From positions 46,006,001 to 46,070,000 of the forward strand of contig CM059432.1 of assembly GCA_030390025.1 (NCBI GenBank): DNA of 64,000 bases, in the 5' to 3' direction. The notes below the pieces were generated by a model, which worked only from the letters and a program-made list of their open reading frames with translations, was not told the DNA's origin and did no database searches. Below, in pieces: positions 46,417 to 59,139 of the stretch. Position numbers and translations under genes: made by a program. The stretch is from Squalus acanthias (taxonomy: Eukaryota). Position 1 is the first letter of the stretch, and every line of letters begins with the position of its first letter.

Positions 46417-46541
46417 TTTCAAATAAAACTGTTGGACTATAACCTGGTGTTGTGCGACCTCTCAACTCTTTCTTTATGCCATGGCACAAAATCTCAGTAA
46501 GGATTTAAGGCAAGTCACAAATGGAAGAGTTAATAATCAAG

Positions 46542-46727
46542 GGCCTAGAAATTCGTCTCAGGCGGTGGAGCAAAACGGGCGCTATCGGATCGGCCGCCCG
46601 TTATACGCAGTGCCTGACGTTCAGTTCCACTGACTGCAATAGAACCGAATGTCAGGGGCTGCGTATCGCGGGCGGCCGATCCGATTCTGCCAGTTTTGCT
46701 CCACCGCCCGAGACGAATTTCTGGGCC
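46542..46727. mobile_element. 186-bp fold-back MITE (Harbinger/Tourist-like)
   Basis: TSD AAG; TIRs GGCCTAGAAATTCGTCTC / GAGACGAATTTCTGGGCC. The arms pair almost to the centre. Confidence 0.92.
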
Positions 46728-49700
46728 AAGATTTCAAACTATTGACTGGGAATCATTTCTTCTTTTTGCTCATCTGCAGATTATTAAAGTTTAACATTTT
46801 GGATCCAATCCAGTTCTATAGGCAGAAGGTATATTGCTTAGAGGTTATTCATTAGAAAAATAATCACATGTTATTGATTAGAGATTATTTATTAAAAAAT
46901 ATAATCATCTATCATTGTACTGGTCGAAAAGGAGTTCCTATTATATTAAATGATCTAATATTAATATTGTACAATACAATATATATGGTGTAGGAGATAA
47001 TGAGTTATGTAAGATTAAAGTGAAATTCATAGATTTTATGTATTTCAAGAAATATGTTTGCAACTCCAAATATATTGATATGGTTCAGCACTGTGTCTTC
47101 AATTTACATATGATTATAAACAGTCAAAATGTTTTACTAATTATAAAAAATATCAGATTAACTATTGATGTCAATAGAATAATTTGCATGTGACCACTAT
47201 ATTAAAATACCAGTGGGTGTCCTATGGCATTGCTCACTGATATTCCCGAGCCTGGTGAGCAGTTTCTGATTTATACCATGGTCCTGCTCTGAGATCCAAG
47301 TTCCCATGCTGAAGTACAAAATTGGCTGTCCTTCCTCTAATCCTGGAAATGATCTCCTGACTGGTTCCTGGAGTCCTAATCAATGAGAAAAAAAAGACCT
47401 TTAACCAATAGTGCATAAAATATGTCAAATGTTCAAGGAAAAAAGTTGATGGATGTTTACAAGATGCATTACAGCCACAGACTAGTTATACTCTATCCAG
47501 TGCTAATGCCAAGCAGTGTGAGATGGATCCCTGGAGGGATCGCACACTGCTTGACTTTAGTGAGCTCTGGAGTCAAAACAGGACCTGACTCCAGAGATAT
47601 TTGGTTACTTGTACATTGATGCTTACCTTAAAATATTTTGCATCAACACATATTTCTCAATCTTGGTCATCCACTATAACTTTGGTGGAAAAGCTGTGGA
47701 AACCCTAGAAAAACAGAGAAAATACACCATTATCTCTGGGGTTTTATAGTTATAGTGGATGAAAGGTAGAACCCCTGTAAATTCACCCTCAGTATATTGT
47801 AGTTATTTTATGGGTCCATGTTAGAAGCACAATTTCATAAAATTGGCCCTTTGTTGTCTGTCTTGAGCACCGCCAAGTTAGACATAGCATGGGTCATTTA
47901 CAAAGTAAAATCTCCCTAGGTCCTGCTCCAAATCCTTAACCTTGCCTTGTCACAACGAACTCTGATGGCACACTAGGTAATTTTCCATTTCCCACATCAG
48001 CCATTTTTAAAGCCTGTCTTTTTGAAATAGATTGATGCTAATTGATGCACAATGTACGATGCTTCTGTACTGTAGATCTGTGGGCATGAGGTACTTGGCT
48101 GAAACTGCCTAAAATCTTTTCATGAAGGATCCTCCTTACAGGTGGCAGAGACAGGAGACTTGCAGACCATCAATTTGGATTATATCTCATCCCCAGCTGC
48201 CAGAGGTGAGTGGGCAGTGTGCTTTCCTACTGCATCACTTGGTTCTATTATAATATGCAATCATAAATCACACAACTAATTATTTCAGCTAATTTCCAAG
48301 TTTGCACCTCTTTCCAGTCTCAGCAGTGGTATTGTGAAGCAGGGGTTGAATGGTGAAGTACAGGAAGGAAGGGAAAATCAGAATATTGCTTCAGTGCAAC
48401 TACAGAGCAATGCTGGCAGAGGCATGAAAGCAGCCTACTCCCTTATCCAGAGAAAGTGTGTGATGTGGCTAGACCACTAGTTTAGGAAGAAGACAAAATA
48501 GCCATCTGAAACTGCTCCCTAAAACCTAACCGCCAGAACAACATCCACATTTTAGAATGCACCATTCCTGCTTTTTCTTCTTTAAATGTATAGTCACTGT
48601 TTCAATATTTATAAGCTAGCTATAACTAATGCAGTTTAAATCTATAGCCCTGTTTCAATCGGTTTGCTTTATTGAATCTTGTTATTGTAATAGTTTTGCT
48701 GTTATACAATAATGGTACAAGCACACTATTATTTATTTGCTCAGATCCAAAATGTGGTATGTCTTTGTGTGCTCAATATCAATTTATAAAAAGACAAATT
48801 GCTGTACAATAGTTTTGCACAAAGCACAGGCCAGCAAAACATCAGTGTTCAATCAGGGAAAGCTGCAGGCTTGCTGCCTGACAAATTTGTTGGTTAATCA
48901 ATGAGTGTATTAATTTAAAAAGTTTTGGTAATTACATCTACCTCTTCCCTTCTATTGATTTCCACTAAAATCTACAAAGGATAGAAAGTACACTGAATCT
49001 GGTCATAAACTAACCACTTACCCCATGCAACTGATATAGCTTTAATGACGGTACACCTTAGTAGGCATTTCTGTGCAGAAATAAATAGTTTAGCATTCAT
49101 TAATTAATTACGGGATCTGTAACTACATTATAGAATCTCAGAACATAAATTATACAAATTAATTTCTATATTTCTTCTGCCAACATGTGGCTTTGCATTA
49201 TTTTGCTTAATAAATTTACGTGACAGGAAACCTAACCTGAATATGAGGTCTGAAATATTGTACTGATAGGGGAAAAATCAGTTTGTGTCTTCCTTGTGAA
49301 TCAATTTTAAATTTATTCCAGTTGATTGCTTGAATCACAGAACCTTTACCCAATATTCTGTTTATCATTCAAGCACACAAAAATTCAAAGCCTGACCTAC
49401 TTTTAGCTTTTAACTTGCAAAGTCCATCTATTCCTTTAATGAGTTCAGCACATACTTCTGGAAGTTTAATCCAGAAGGTACATGATGATGTCTGTTGCTT
49501 TTACTACTACAAGGAAATTACATTGCTCCAATTTCCCATTTGCGTGTGATTCAATTCACTGACACTTATCCAGTTACCTCTTGCCTGTCTCTGCTGGTAG
49601 CTGATCCTGAGAAAATTCCTTACATGGTTTAATTCATACAGAACTTCAAAATTGCTTTAGTCTGGTTAAACTTGGCAAGTTCAAATCATCTTTGTTTTGT

Positions 49701-50279
49701 TACTTTAATCTGTGCATACCTCTAAATCATTCTCAATTTGGAGAGAACCAAGGGCTTTACATTCCCTTTGCGCTTTTAGATAAGCAGCTTTAATCTTTCT
49801 AATTGAGAGGGCACAATTACCATTTTATGCATTGTACTCAATTAAAAACACCCAGAAATAAATATTAAATCTTATCACGATGCAGATATTGAACTGAAGC
49901 ACATGATAGATGCCTCTGAACTTACAGTAAATGGAAATGCTGAAGCCATGTCTTGGTTTGCTTCACCATGAGCAACCTCATTCTAGCATGTATGGAATTA
50001 TGCAGTATGTAACTGCTGAATTTGCTACAGTGAATTGAGTTTGCATTTGATATGTAATTCCATTCACACATGCAAAATGTAAGCACAACATGAATTAGAA
50101 GTCACTGAAATAAATAAGCAATAATAAATTATATTAGCCAGTTGTGGGGAAGTAGCTCAGTTTAAGGATGAGGTCGTATGTTAAACGCCCAATCGGCCTG
50201 CCTATTGCCATTCCTTCAGTACAGTTAATGCAGGCTATATTATTACTATTCAACAAAACCTGTACCTATTTTGGATAAT

Positions 50280-51028
50280 GGGGTAAAGTTCCTGCTCGGT
50301 TGTGCTGGTTTTTCGAGCGCAATTCGCCCAAAATTGGCCAAGCCAGCGCAAAACAGCAAGGAATTTCAAGCGCAATTTACGTCCAGCGCAAATCGAGCTT
50401 TCTGTGATCTTTTGCATTGGATTAAAAAAATTGTAATGGAAGCCGGCCACGCCCCCAAAACTGGCCACACCCAAGACCGAATTAATCACCATAGCGAGTT
50501 TCAGCTAGTAGCGCCCATTTGCGGGCATTCGAGAAGGCTCTTAAAATTAAGCTTTTTTTTTTAGGCCCAAGGGACACCTTTTAAAAGTTTTAAAAAATTA
50601 AAATATATTTAATTTACTAAGAAACTGACTACTGTACACCAATTAAACTAGTAAACGGCTCTGTATAATTTTTTAATATCACTTTCAGTTATTTAAAATC
50701 GGGTTACTCACAGGTGGTGGACTAGACACTCTTATTAAAAATGCTTATTTTTTGTGATAAACCCGTTTTCAGCTGCATTAATAAAACTGCACCAGGTTAC
50801 CACTCTTAAATACATCAAGGAATATTTTTTAATGCAAGGGAAAAAAACAAACAATTATGTTCCAAAACACTGCCCGATTGTGCAGGTTCATGGAAGATAT
50901 GTTTGTGATTATGCAGATGAGTTTGAGTGGAAACTTGAACCATAATTTCACTTCGGAAAACTAGCAAAGCTTTGGAGCACAATTTGCACCCAGATTGTCG
51001 ATTACGCCCAAAGCGGAAACTCTACCCC
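50280..51028. mobile_element. MITE, same family as 15608-16302
   Basis: Ends GGGGTAAAGTTCC / GGAAACTCTACCCC; flanks AAT/AAA. Colinear with 15608-16302. Confidence 0.82.
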
Positions 51029-52220
51029 AAAATGTTTTTCATTAGTTTATTTTTCTCTCCTTCCATCTGGCATCAAGACTGTGTACCAAGGGGGAAGGTG
51101 CATTCAGTATTGAGCTGTTTTTCATTAGGTGCAATAACATACCATTAAATATATGCAGCTGTCAAAAGACAGTTATTCACATTGAAAAGGTTTTTATATT
51201 CTCGGTGGGCCTTGATATGATCATTTGTAAGGGTTTCGACGTGTCTCTCAGCCTGTGAGATTCGCGTGGCTCTGTGCAGCCTGTATGTCAGTGCGGGTTT
51301 AGGCCTTGTTGCCTGTTCTGGTCTCCAGCCAGTCTGGGAGCACTAGACACACCTGTGAGTGGTTCGAATCACTCGCCCTTACGGTTCTAGACACTGGACT
51401 TAGATGCGAGAGCAGTAATGGAGATGAAACTCAGGTAGACTCGGTTGAATGGTACGAAATGGAAAATCTTTATTGCATAATACTTAAGATTACGAAATAC
51501 ATGTCATAAGCACAGATTAATGACAGTACAATCTTACATGCAGTTATGTAACTGATTTCAGGGAAACGAGGAACGAACGACACACCGTAAATGGGGGCAC
51601 ACATTACAATTATCCTTAATACTTGAAACCCTCCCCTATCAATATCTGTCCTAAGCTAGATTCGTAGGATTCGAGACTCATGCTCACCACTCGTGATAAC
51701 TCGGAGAAATTCCGAATAGCTGATCGGATGTTTTCACCGCAGCACCCACGTGTCGATCAGGGGGTCTCCTGGCCCCACTTGTTTACTTGTTTCTGCTCCG
51801 GCTAGCAGGCTGGAACGTCTGCTGTCATGAAGATCTGTATTGGTGGTTTTCACATTCCAGTCAATACTTAAGAAAAGAATTTTCCGGTGTCCGTTCTTTA
51901 AAGTTCGAAGAAGTCTTCCTGGCAAGGAAAATGTCAATTCGACCTACAGGCGCGGTCGGGGCTTACTGACCGTGGCGATAAGTATGGTCTTCGTCTCTTC
52001 CCATCTCATCTCATCTCATCTCTTCTCGGGCCTTTGGTTCCGATACCGGTTACCAATACAGGTCTTCGCGACCCGACACGAGGTAGATCCGAGCGGATCA
52101 CAAAGTTCAACAGTCTTTTAAAAGAGACACGAGGCAAGCAGGAACAGGACGGCGAGTCAAAAACACAGGAGCAGCCACGAGGATGAACGCCAGCAAGATA
52201 CGAAGATAAGAGGATAAGAG

Positions 52221-53920
52221 AGAGTCTTGAAGGAAGTGACGGTAGGGATTGTAGATGCATTGGTAATAATTTTTCAAAACTCCCTGGATTCCGCTAAGGT
52301 CCCGGCAGACTGGAAAACTGCTAATGTAACACCCTTATTTAAAAAGGGCAGTAGACAGAAGGCTGGTAACTATAGACCGGTTAGCCTAACATCTGTGGTA
52401 GGTAAAATTTTGGAGTCCATTATTAAGGAAACAGTAACAGGACATTTGGATAATCATAATTTAATAGGACAAAGTCAGCATGGTTTTACGAAGGGGAAGT
52501 CATGTTTGACAAATTTGCTGGAGTTCTTTGAGGAAGTAACATATAGAGTGGATAAAGGGGAACCAGTGGACGTAGTGTATTTAGACTTCCAAAAGGCATT
52601 TGACAAGGTGCCACACAAAAGATTATTGCTTAAGGTAAAAAATCACGGAATTGGGGGTAATATTCTGGCATGGATAGAGGATTGGCTATCTAACAGAAAG
52701 CAAAGAGTTGGGATAAATGGTTCATTCTCAGACTGGCAATCAGTAACTAGTGGTGTTCCACAGGGGTCAGTGCTGGGTCCCCAACTCTTCACAATCTATA
52801 TTAACGATTTGGAGGAAGGGACCAAGTGTAACATATCAAAATTTGCAGATGATACAAAGATGGGAGGGAAAGTAGTGAATGAGGAGGACATAAAAAACCT
52901 GCAAGGGGACATAGACAGGCTAAGTAAGTGGGCAGAGATTTGGCAGATGGAATACAACACTGGAAAGTGTGAGGTGATGCACTTTGGCAGGAAAAATCCT
53001 AGAGCAATTTATTATCTTAATGGCAAGAAACTGGAGAGTACTGAAGTGCAAAGGGATCTGGGGGTCCTGGTGCACGAAACTCAAAAGGTTAGTATGCAGG
53101 TGCAGCAAGTGATTAAGAAGGCAAATGGAATGTTGGCTTTCATTGCTAGGGGGATAGAATATAAAAATAGGGAGGTATTGCTTCAGTTGTACAAGGTATT
53201 GGTGAGACCGCACCTGGAATACTGCATACAGTTTTGGTGTCCTTACTTAAGGAAAGACATCCTTGCTCTCGAGGCAGTGCAAAAAAGGTTCATTCGGTTA
53301 ATCCCGGGGATGAGGGGGTGGTCATATGAGGAGAGGTTGGGTAGATTGGGACTCTACTCATTGGAGTTCAGAAGAATGAGAGGCGATCTTATTGAAACAT
53401 ATAAGATTGTGAAGGGGTTGGATCGGGTGGATGCGGGGAGGATGTTCCCGATGACGGGTGAGACGAGAACTAGGGGACATAGTCTTAGAATAAGGGGCTG
53501 CTCTTTCAAAACTGAGATGAGGAGGAACTACTTCACTCAGAGGGTGGTACGTCCATGGAATATGCTGCCACAAAAAGCTGTAGAAGCTACAACATTAATT
53601 AAATTTAAAACAGAAATAGACAGTTTCCTAGAAGTAAAGGGCATTAAGGGTTACGGGGAGCGGGCAGGAATTTGGACATGAGTCTAGGTTCGGATCGGTC
53701 ATGGCCCTGTGGGTAGTGGAGCGGGCCCAGGGACTGTGTAGCCTGATTCTGCTCCTATTTCGTGTGTGCAATTCTGTTAGATGCAGGAGATGGTTCTGTG
53801 ATAGATAGTAGATTGGCGGTTAGGATCAGATCAGCCATGATCTTATTGAATGGCGGAGCAGGCTCGAGGGGCCGATTGGCCTACTCCTGCTCCTATTTCT
53901 TATGTTCTTATGTTCTTATG
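52221..53920 (+). mobile_element. Young 5'-truncated CR1 LINE
   Basis: Uninterrupted RT ORF, 3' UTR and (TATGTTCT)n tail. Confidence 0.95.
52227..53681 (+). CDS. CR1 ORF2 C-terminal part (RT domain), 484 codons without stops
   Basis: [34 protein letters not shown] and KFADDTK motifs. No native start codon (truncated). Confidence 0.88.
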   Translation: MKEVTVGIVDALVIIFQNSLDSAKVPADWKTANVTPLFKKGSRQKAGNYRPVSLTSVVGKILESIIKETVTGHLDNHNLIGQSQHGFTKGKSCLTNLLEFFEEVTYRVDKGEPVDVVYLDFQKAFDKVPHKRLLLKVKNHGIGGNILAWIEDWLSNRKQRVGINGSFSDWQSVTSGVPQGSVLGPQLFTIYINDLEEGTKCNISKFADDTKMGGKVVNEEDIKNLQGDIDRLSKWAEIWQMEYNTGKCEVMHFGRKNPRAIYYLNGKKLESTEVQRDLGVLVHETQKVSMQVQQVIKKANGMLAFIARGIEYKNREVLLQLYKVLVRPHLEYCIQFWCPYLRKDILALEAVQKRFIRLIPGMRGWSYEERLGRLGLYSLEFRRMRGDLIETYKIVKGLDRVDAGRMFPMTGETRTRGHSLRIRGCSFKTEMRRNYFTQRVVRPWNMLPQKAVEATTLIKFKTEIDSFLEVKGIKGYGERAGIWT

Positions 53921-54926
53921 GACGGTTGGAGCTTGTAATTATAGTACAAAATCTTCCGTTTCCCGCCCAACCTTAATGTCTTTTTCTTTGTCAGGGTTTG
54001 GCGCTCAAATGTCTTGTATAGGTGATCTCCGTTTTTAATGGGTTTCGGGGCTACTCGTAAATGTCTGAGTACCTGTAAATATTTCTCCCATTGTTTAATC
54101 GGTCGGTGTTCTCCCTGGAGGGGTTTTGGGGCCTCCAAGTGTTTTCTGTAACTACCCGCTAACGGCTCTCTCATCGTAGAGTCGTTGGGATTTTACATAT
54201 TAATGTCTTTGGATGGGTTCTTGATTACTGGGTACAATAGCCTTCATTCGTACCTGGGAGACTGATTTCAGTATCTATGTGTATACTGCAAACCCAAGAT
54301 GTCTCGTGTATTATCTTCAATGTGCTGAATCTTAATCGATCTTGCACAAATGTTTATTGGAACGCCATCCTGTCTGCCTGTCGAAAAGTCTAGAATGTTC
54401 CGCCACGAGGTGCGGCGGCCATTTTACAAGCTGCTTGTGTCCACTTTGAAACCTGACAGCATTCTGCTGAAATAAAAGCTGTTTGAACGAAACTATGTGT
54501 TTTCTCCTTATTTATAAAATCGCGATATATTGCGAATTCTACACATTTGCAATAAATCCTGAATAATCTCCACTCAGTTCTGTGTGCTCCTCAATCTGAT
54601 AGCAGCCTGTGACATGAGGGTATCTTTGGTTAACTGGAGTAACTTTAAAGTAGTACATTCAGCAAATCAGAATGCTGCATTATTCAATATTGTGTGCCTT
54701 TGGTACATCTGTGCATGCTTATAAGACTGGACTCTGGAAGGCCTGCTTGCTACAAGACACAAATAAATCATTGAATATAACAACATATCAATAACCTACT
54801 TTAATTTCCATATATATCTAAGGCCATGTAATACAATATTCAGAAAATAAAGTTTAGATTTTGATAGTTGAAAAAAGCACTGATGCCTCTATCACTGCAG
54901 CAGAAAGAAGGGAGGCTGCATTTTTA

Positions 54927-55132
54927 AGAACATAAGAAATAGGAGCAGGAGTAGATCATTTGGCCCTTCGAGCCTGCTCCGCCATTCAATAAGATCATGG
55001 CTGATCTTCTACCTCAACTCCACTTTCCCGCCCTATCCCCATATCCCTTGATTTCCTCAGTGTACAAAAATCTATGATCTCAGTCTTGAAGATACTCAAC
55101 GAATGAGTATCCACAGCCCTCTGGAGTAGAGA
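54927..55132 (-). mobile_element. CR1 3' end fragment
   Basis: AAGAACATAAGAAATAGGAGCAGGAGTAG...ATTCAATAAGATCATGGCTGATC is the reverse complement of the CR1 3' UTR. Confidence 0.88.
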
Positions 55133-55684
55133 TACATATAGCCACTGTCAGGACTTATTTCAGTGTAGCAGTAACAGAATGTTCATTTGCTTTGAGGTAG
55201 CATATGTGAGTGTTAAATCCTTGCTTTTATTTATGAGAGATAAGTGGTACACTTTTGAGCTGTTTTAATGATTGATAACCTATATACTTTGCACTTATTT
55301 AAATAACCCATGATATGTATCCTGGGACCTGTTTCTAAACTGTGCACCAGGGCAAAAAATGTTTTGGGAGTAGCTACACAAAACCCACATTGAAATGTGC
55401 TTCCAATTGCACGGTGCCACAAAGCGAATCAGTAATTAAAGCACATTTACGCAGCATGTGGTTTAATGAGTTATATCTGCTCAAGGAGGCTGAGTGCTGA
55501 TTACAATCAAAGCCCCGACCTCTGTAAGAAAGAAAATGCAGACCAGCCTGAATAAAATTTAAATTTTTATCAATGAATAATGAAATGATAACACTTTTCC
55601 TTCAGAAGGTGAATTGTCAGCCCATCAATTACAGCTACAGACTGAGGTGTGATGCTTAGCTAATGAGAGGAAAAGAAAGACTAT

Positions 55685-57850
55685 GGGGGGAGAAATTTGG
55701 CATGTTAGCGCCTCCCGTTAGCGCCTTGGGGGGCCGCTAACGGGGAGCTAATGGATTTGTGGCAAATCCAACGCTGCACGCGAAATTTTACCGGCCTTTA
55801 GCGCCTGGCAGATCGTGACGTCAATGAGCTTGGAACGCCCCGTTAACGGCCCAGATACAAAATTGACTGTCGCCCCCCTGCCTTAGCGCCTTGCCTGAAC
55901 AACGGCAGGAAGAGGAGGCGTTATACATTCGGATGGCCGCTGTAGGAGCGGTATTTAAAGGGATCAACATCCGCTTTCATTTTAGTGGCCAATCAAAGCT
56001 GTCTTCTCAGTTTCACATTGCAAAACAGCCGTTTTCAGTGAGTTAAATGTTTCTTACTTTCAGGAGTGTTCTGCCTGCTAAAAATTGTCACTTTCATTCT
56101 GCTAAGGTTTCAAAGTCCTACACTTGGTTAAATTAATGAGGGCTGTACTGGCGCTCGACCTCGCCCTCCAGCATCAACGTCGGAGGCAGCGGAGGCAGAG
56201 ACAAAGGCCGCGATTTTGCCGACCTGAGGCGGGTCCGGGGCGGCCGGGGTCGGTGTCGTGGTCCCAGCCCGCTGCCTACTACAGACCGCACTCTCCAAGT
56301 GATTTTTCATTGATTGGGCTTGTTAAGCCCGCCCTGCGAGGTTCCCGGCCAATTAATAGGAAGCGGGTCTGATGACGTCATTTGATGACGTGTCATCAGC
56401 CAGTTTCCTTAAAGGGACCATGTCCAAATTGATCTGACAGTTCTGCTGTCACTGTTCCACAGCATTGAGGTGCTGCAAACACTGACAAGCACTGCACAAA
56501 GGAGCACGGCTGCACCCAGGCTCTCCCATGGCTCCCTCCATATGCTTATGGAGGGAGTCACAGCACGCAGGGAGGTTCTCTTCCCTTCCCATGGGTGAAA
56601 GAGACCTCCCCAGGAGATCAACGCAGCCTGGTTGCACATTGCACAGGAGGGCACAAGCAGGGATGTCATCAGGACGACCAGGCTGCAGTGGCGCAAACCT
56701 TTCAATGATTAAGGATCACAAAACGTTACTGCCAAGCCACACTCAACCTCATCCTGCTGTGCCACTCATCACATCCCCATCACTCTGCCTTCCCTACCCT
56801 ACTCCTGCACATCTTTACTCACACCAACTTGCCTTGCACCTCCAACCATCCTCTCTATCTACATTATCACTTCCCCATCCCACTAGCCACCCCTCACACT
56901 CACCCTCAACCTACTGCAAGCATACAAACTAACAACACACAAGGGTAGGCTTCTGGGTGGTTTAGCCAATGTTCATGTGAAGTTTCTCTTAATGTGTTGT
57001 CAAATATTGAAATCTATATTTTCAACACTTTACCTTATTGGACAGATCTGTGCTCTCCTTTAGAAGTGTCTTAGTGAGTTCCAGTGAATGTTGAGACATA
57101 ACTTTCCCCCCCACTCCCCAATTGTGATGAGCGTGAAAGGAATGGCTTGGACATTGTAGGGATGCTTTATGGTGCTGGTGTGGGGTGGTGTCAACTTGGT
57201 GCATCATGTGGCAGCCAGGGTGTACAGCATCAAGTAAAGTAAATCTGGCCATGGTGATGCCATCGCTGGCCTCCTGGGCAGCAATGTTGTCGGGTGCTGA
57301 TGCCCTGTGTCCTGTGCAGCATCAGGTGGTTGCGGAGAAGGTTGGTATTGTTGTTGGTGATGTTGGTGCTGGGGCTGATTGTGTTGGGATTCAGGGGACC
57401 AAGGTGAGATTTTTTCAAGGGCACCGATGTTGCTGGAATAAGTGGCAGCTGAAGTTGAGATGACAGAAGCGATCTGTCAATGGTGAGAGAGCTTGCTCCA
57501 AGGAGGTGACAGTGGATAGAGAGTTTACTCCAAATACTTCCAAACTGCATACAGCTCAAAAGTGTCTTCCAAGTCCTGAAGGCTCAAGCTTCTGACATTG
57601 GAAAGTGACCAGCTGTGAAATGGTAGCTTTCATACCACTTTTGCAGCTGTCGCCTATTCACAGCAATGGGGAGACATTGAGAACCCAACCTACTTACCTG
57701 ACATGATCTCCAAACGACATAAACCCTGTTAAAAAAGTGGGAAAATAGAAATAGGCTGGCAAAATAGTAGGTAACAAGCATTTAACAAGCATTTAACTAT
57801 CTGAAATGCCTCCCCCACCGCTTGGTGTTGGGTCTTTTCTGAAATCGCAG
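55685..57850. mobile_element. Nested or decayed Harbinger-derived remnants
   Basis: GGGGGAGAAATT end with TAGCGCC repeats at 55685; a second end-like GGCCGCGATTTT near 56206; Myb exon-1 remnant AAPRLSHGSLHMLMEGVTARREVLFP at ~56509-56590. Boundaries uncertain. Confidence 0.6.
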
Positions 57851-59011
57851 ACATACATACATACGAACATACGAACTAGGAGCAGGAGTAGGCCACTCGG
57901 CCCCTCGAGCCTGCTCCGCCATTCAGTAAGATCATGGCTGATCCGATTACTCCACATTCCTGCCTACCCCCGATAACGTTTCACCCCCTTGCTTACCAAG
58001 AATCTATCTACCTCTGCCTTAAAAATATTCAAAGACTCTGCTTCCTCTGCCCTCTGAGGAAGAGAGTTCCAAAGACTCACGACCATCTGTGAGAAAAAAT
58101 TTCTCCTCATCTCTGTCTTAAATGGGCGACCCCTTATTTTTAAACAGTGACCCCTAGTTCTGGATTCTCCCACAAGAGGAAACATCCTCTCCACATCCAC
58201 CCTGTCCAGACCCCTCAGGATCTTGTATGTTTCAATCAAGTCACCTCTTACTCTTCTAAACTCCAGCGGATACAAGCCTAGCCTGTCCAACCTTTCCTCA
58301 TAAGACAACCCGCCCATTCCAGGTATTAGTCTAGTAAACCTTCTCTGAACTGCTTCCAACGCATTTACATCCTTCCTTAAATAAGGAGACCAATACTGTA
58401 CATAGAACTCCAGATGTGGTCTCACCAATGCCCTGTATAACTGAAGCATAACCTACTTTTGTATTCAATTCCCCTCGCAATAAACGATAACATTCTATTA
58501 GCTTTCCTAATTACTTGCTGTACCTGTATAGTAACCTTTTGCGATTCATGCACTAGGACACCCAGATCCCCTTGCATCTCAGAGCTCTGCAATCTCTCAC
58601 CATTTAGATAATATGCTTCTTTTTTATTCTTCCTGCCAAAATGGACAACTTCACATTTTCCCACATTATACTCCATTTGCCAGATCTTTGCCCACTCACT
58701 TAACCTATCTATATCCCTTTGTAGCCTCCTTATGTCCTCTTCACAATTTACTTTCCTACCTATCTTTGTGTCATCGGCAAATTTAGCAACCATACCTTTG
58801 GTCCCTTCATCCAAGTCATTTATATAATTTATAAAAAGTTGAGGCCCCAGCACTGATCCCTGTGGCACACCACTCGTTACATCTTGCCAATCAGAAAATG
58901 ACCCATTTATGCCTACTCTCTGTTTCCTGTTAGCTAGCCAATCTTCTATCCATGCCAATATGTTACCCCCTACACCATGAGCTTTTATTTTCCGCAATAA
59001 CCTTTGATGTG
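57851..59011 (-). mobile_element. 5'-truncated CR1 LINE
   Basis: [10 protein letters not shown] and KFADDTK motifs with one frameshift near 58450. Tail (TATGTTCG)n(TATG)n. Confidence 0.93.
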
Positions 59012-59139
59012 ACCCGACACTTTGGAAACTTACATGGAGGCGGGTTCGGAATGGGTTTCCAACCGTTGTCAATCATTTTGATTTTGACAGCAGACCCGCC
59101 TCTGAACCCGCCCTCTGAGCGCTGGCAAAATCGCGGCCA

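Larger units (their letters stand above)
44077..46465 (+). mobile_element. 5'-truncated Penelope-like element (Neptune-type)
   Basis: 13-bp TSD CTCTTTCTTTATG at 44064-44076 and 46466-46478. RT plus GIY-YIG ORF; 3' UTR with a hammerhead motif. Confidence 0.95.
51226..54543 (-). mobile_element. Long solo LTR (~1.6 kb net) interrupted by a CR1
   Basis: TGTA...TACA ends; 4-bp TSD CATT (51222-51225, 54544-54547). Minus-strand TATA-like TTTAAAAG (~52116-52123), (GAGAT)n tract and AATAAA at 51474-51469. CpG-rich relative to the flanks. Confidence 0.78.

Noticed and set aside
48142..48205. Possible 64-nt host exon (TTACAG/GTGAGT borders)
   Set aside because: No recognisable protein similarity or partner exons, and the surrounding sequence looks like a decayed SINE.
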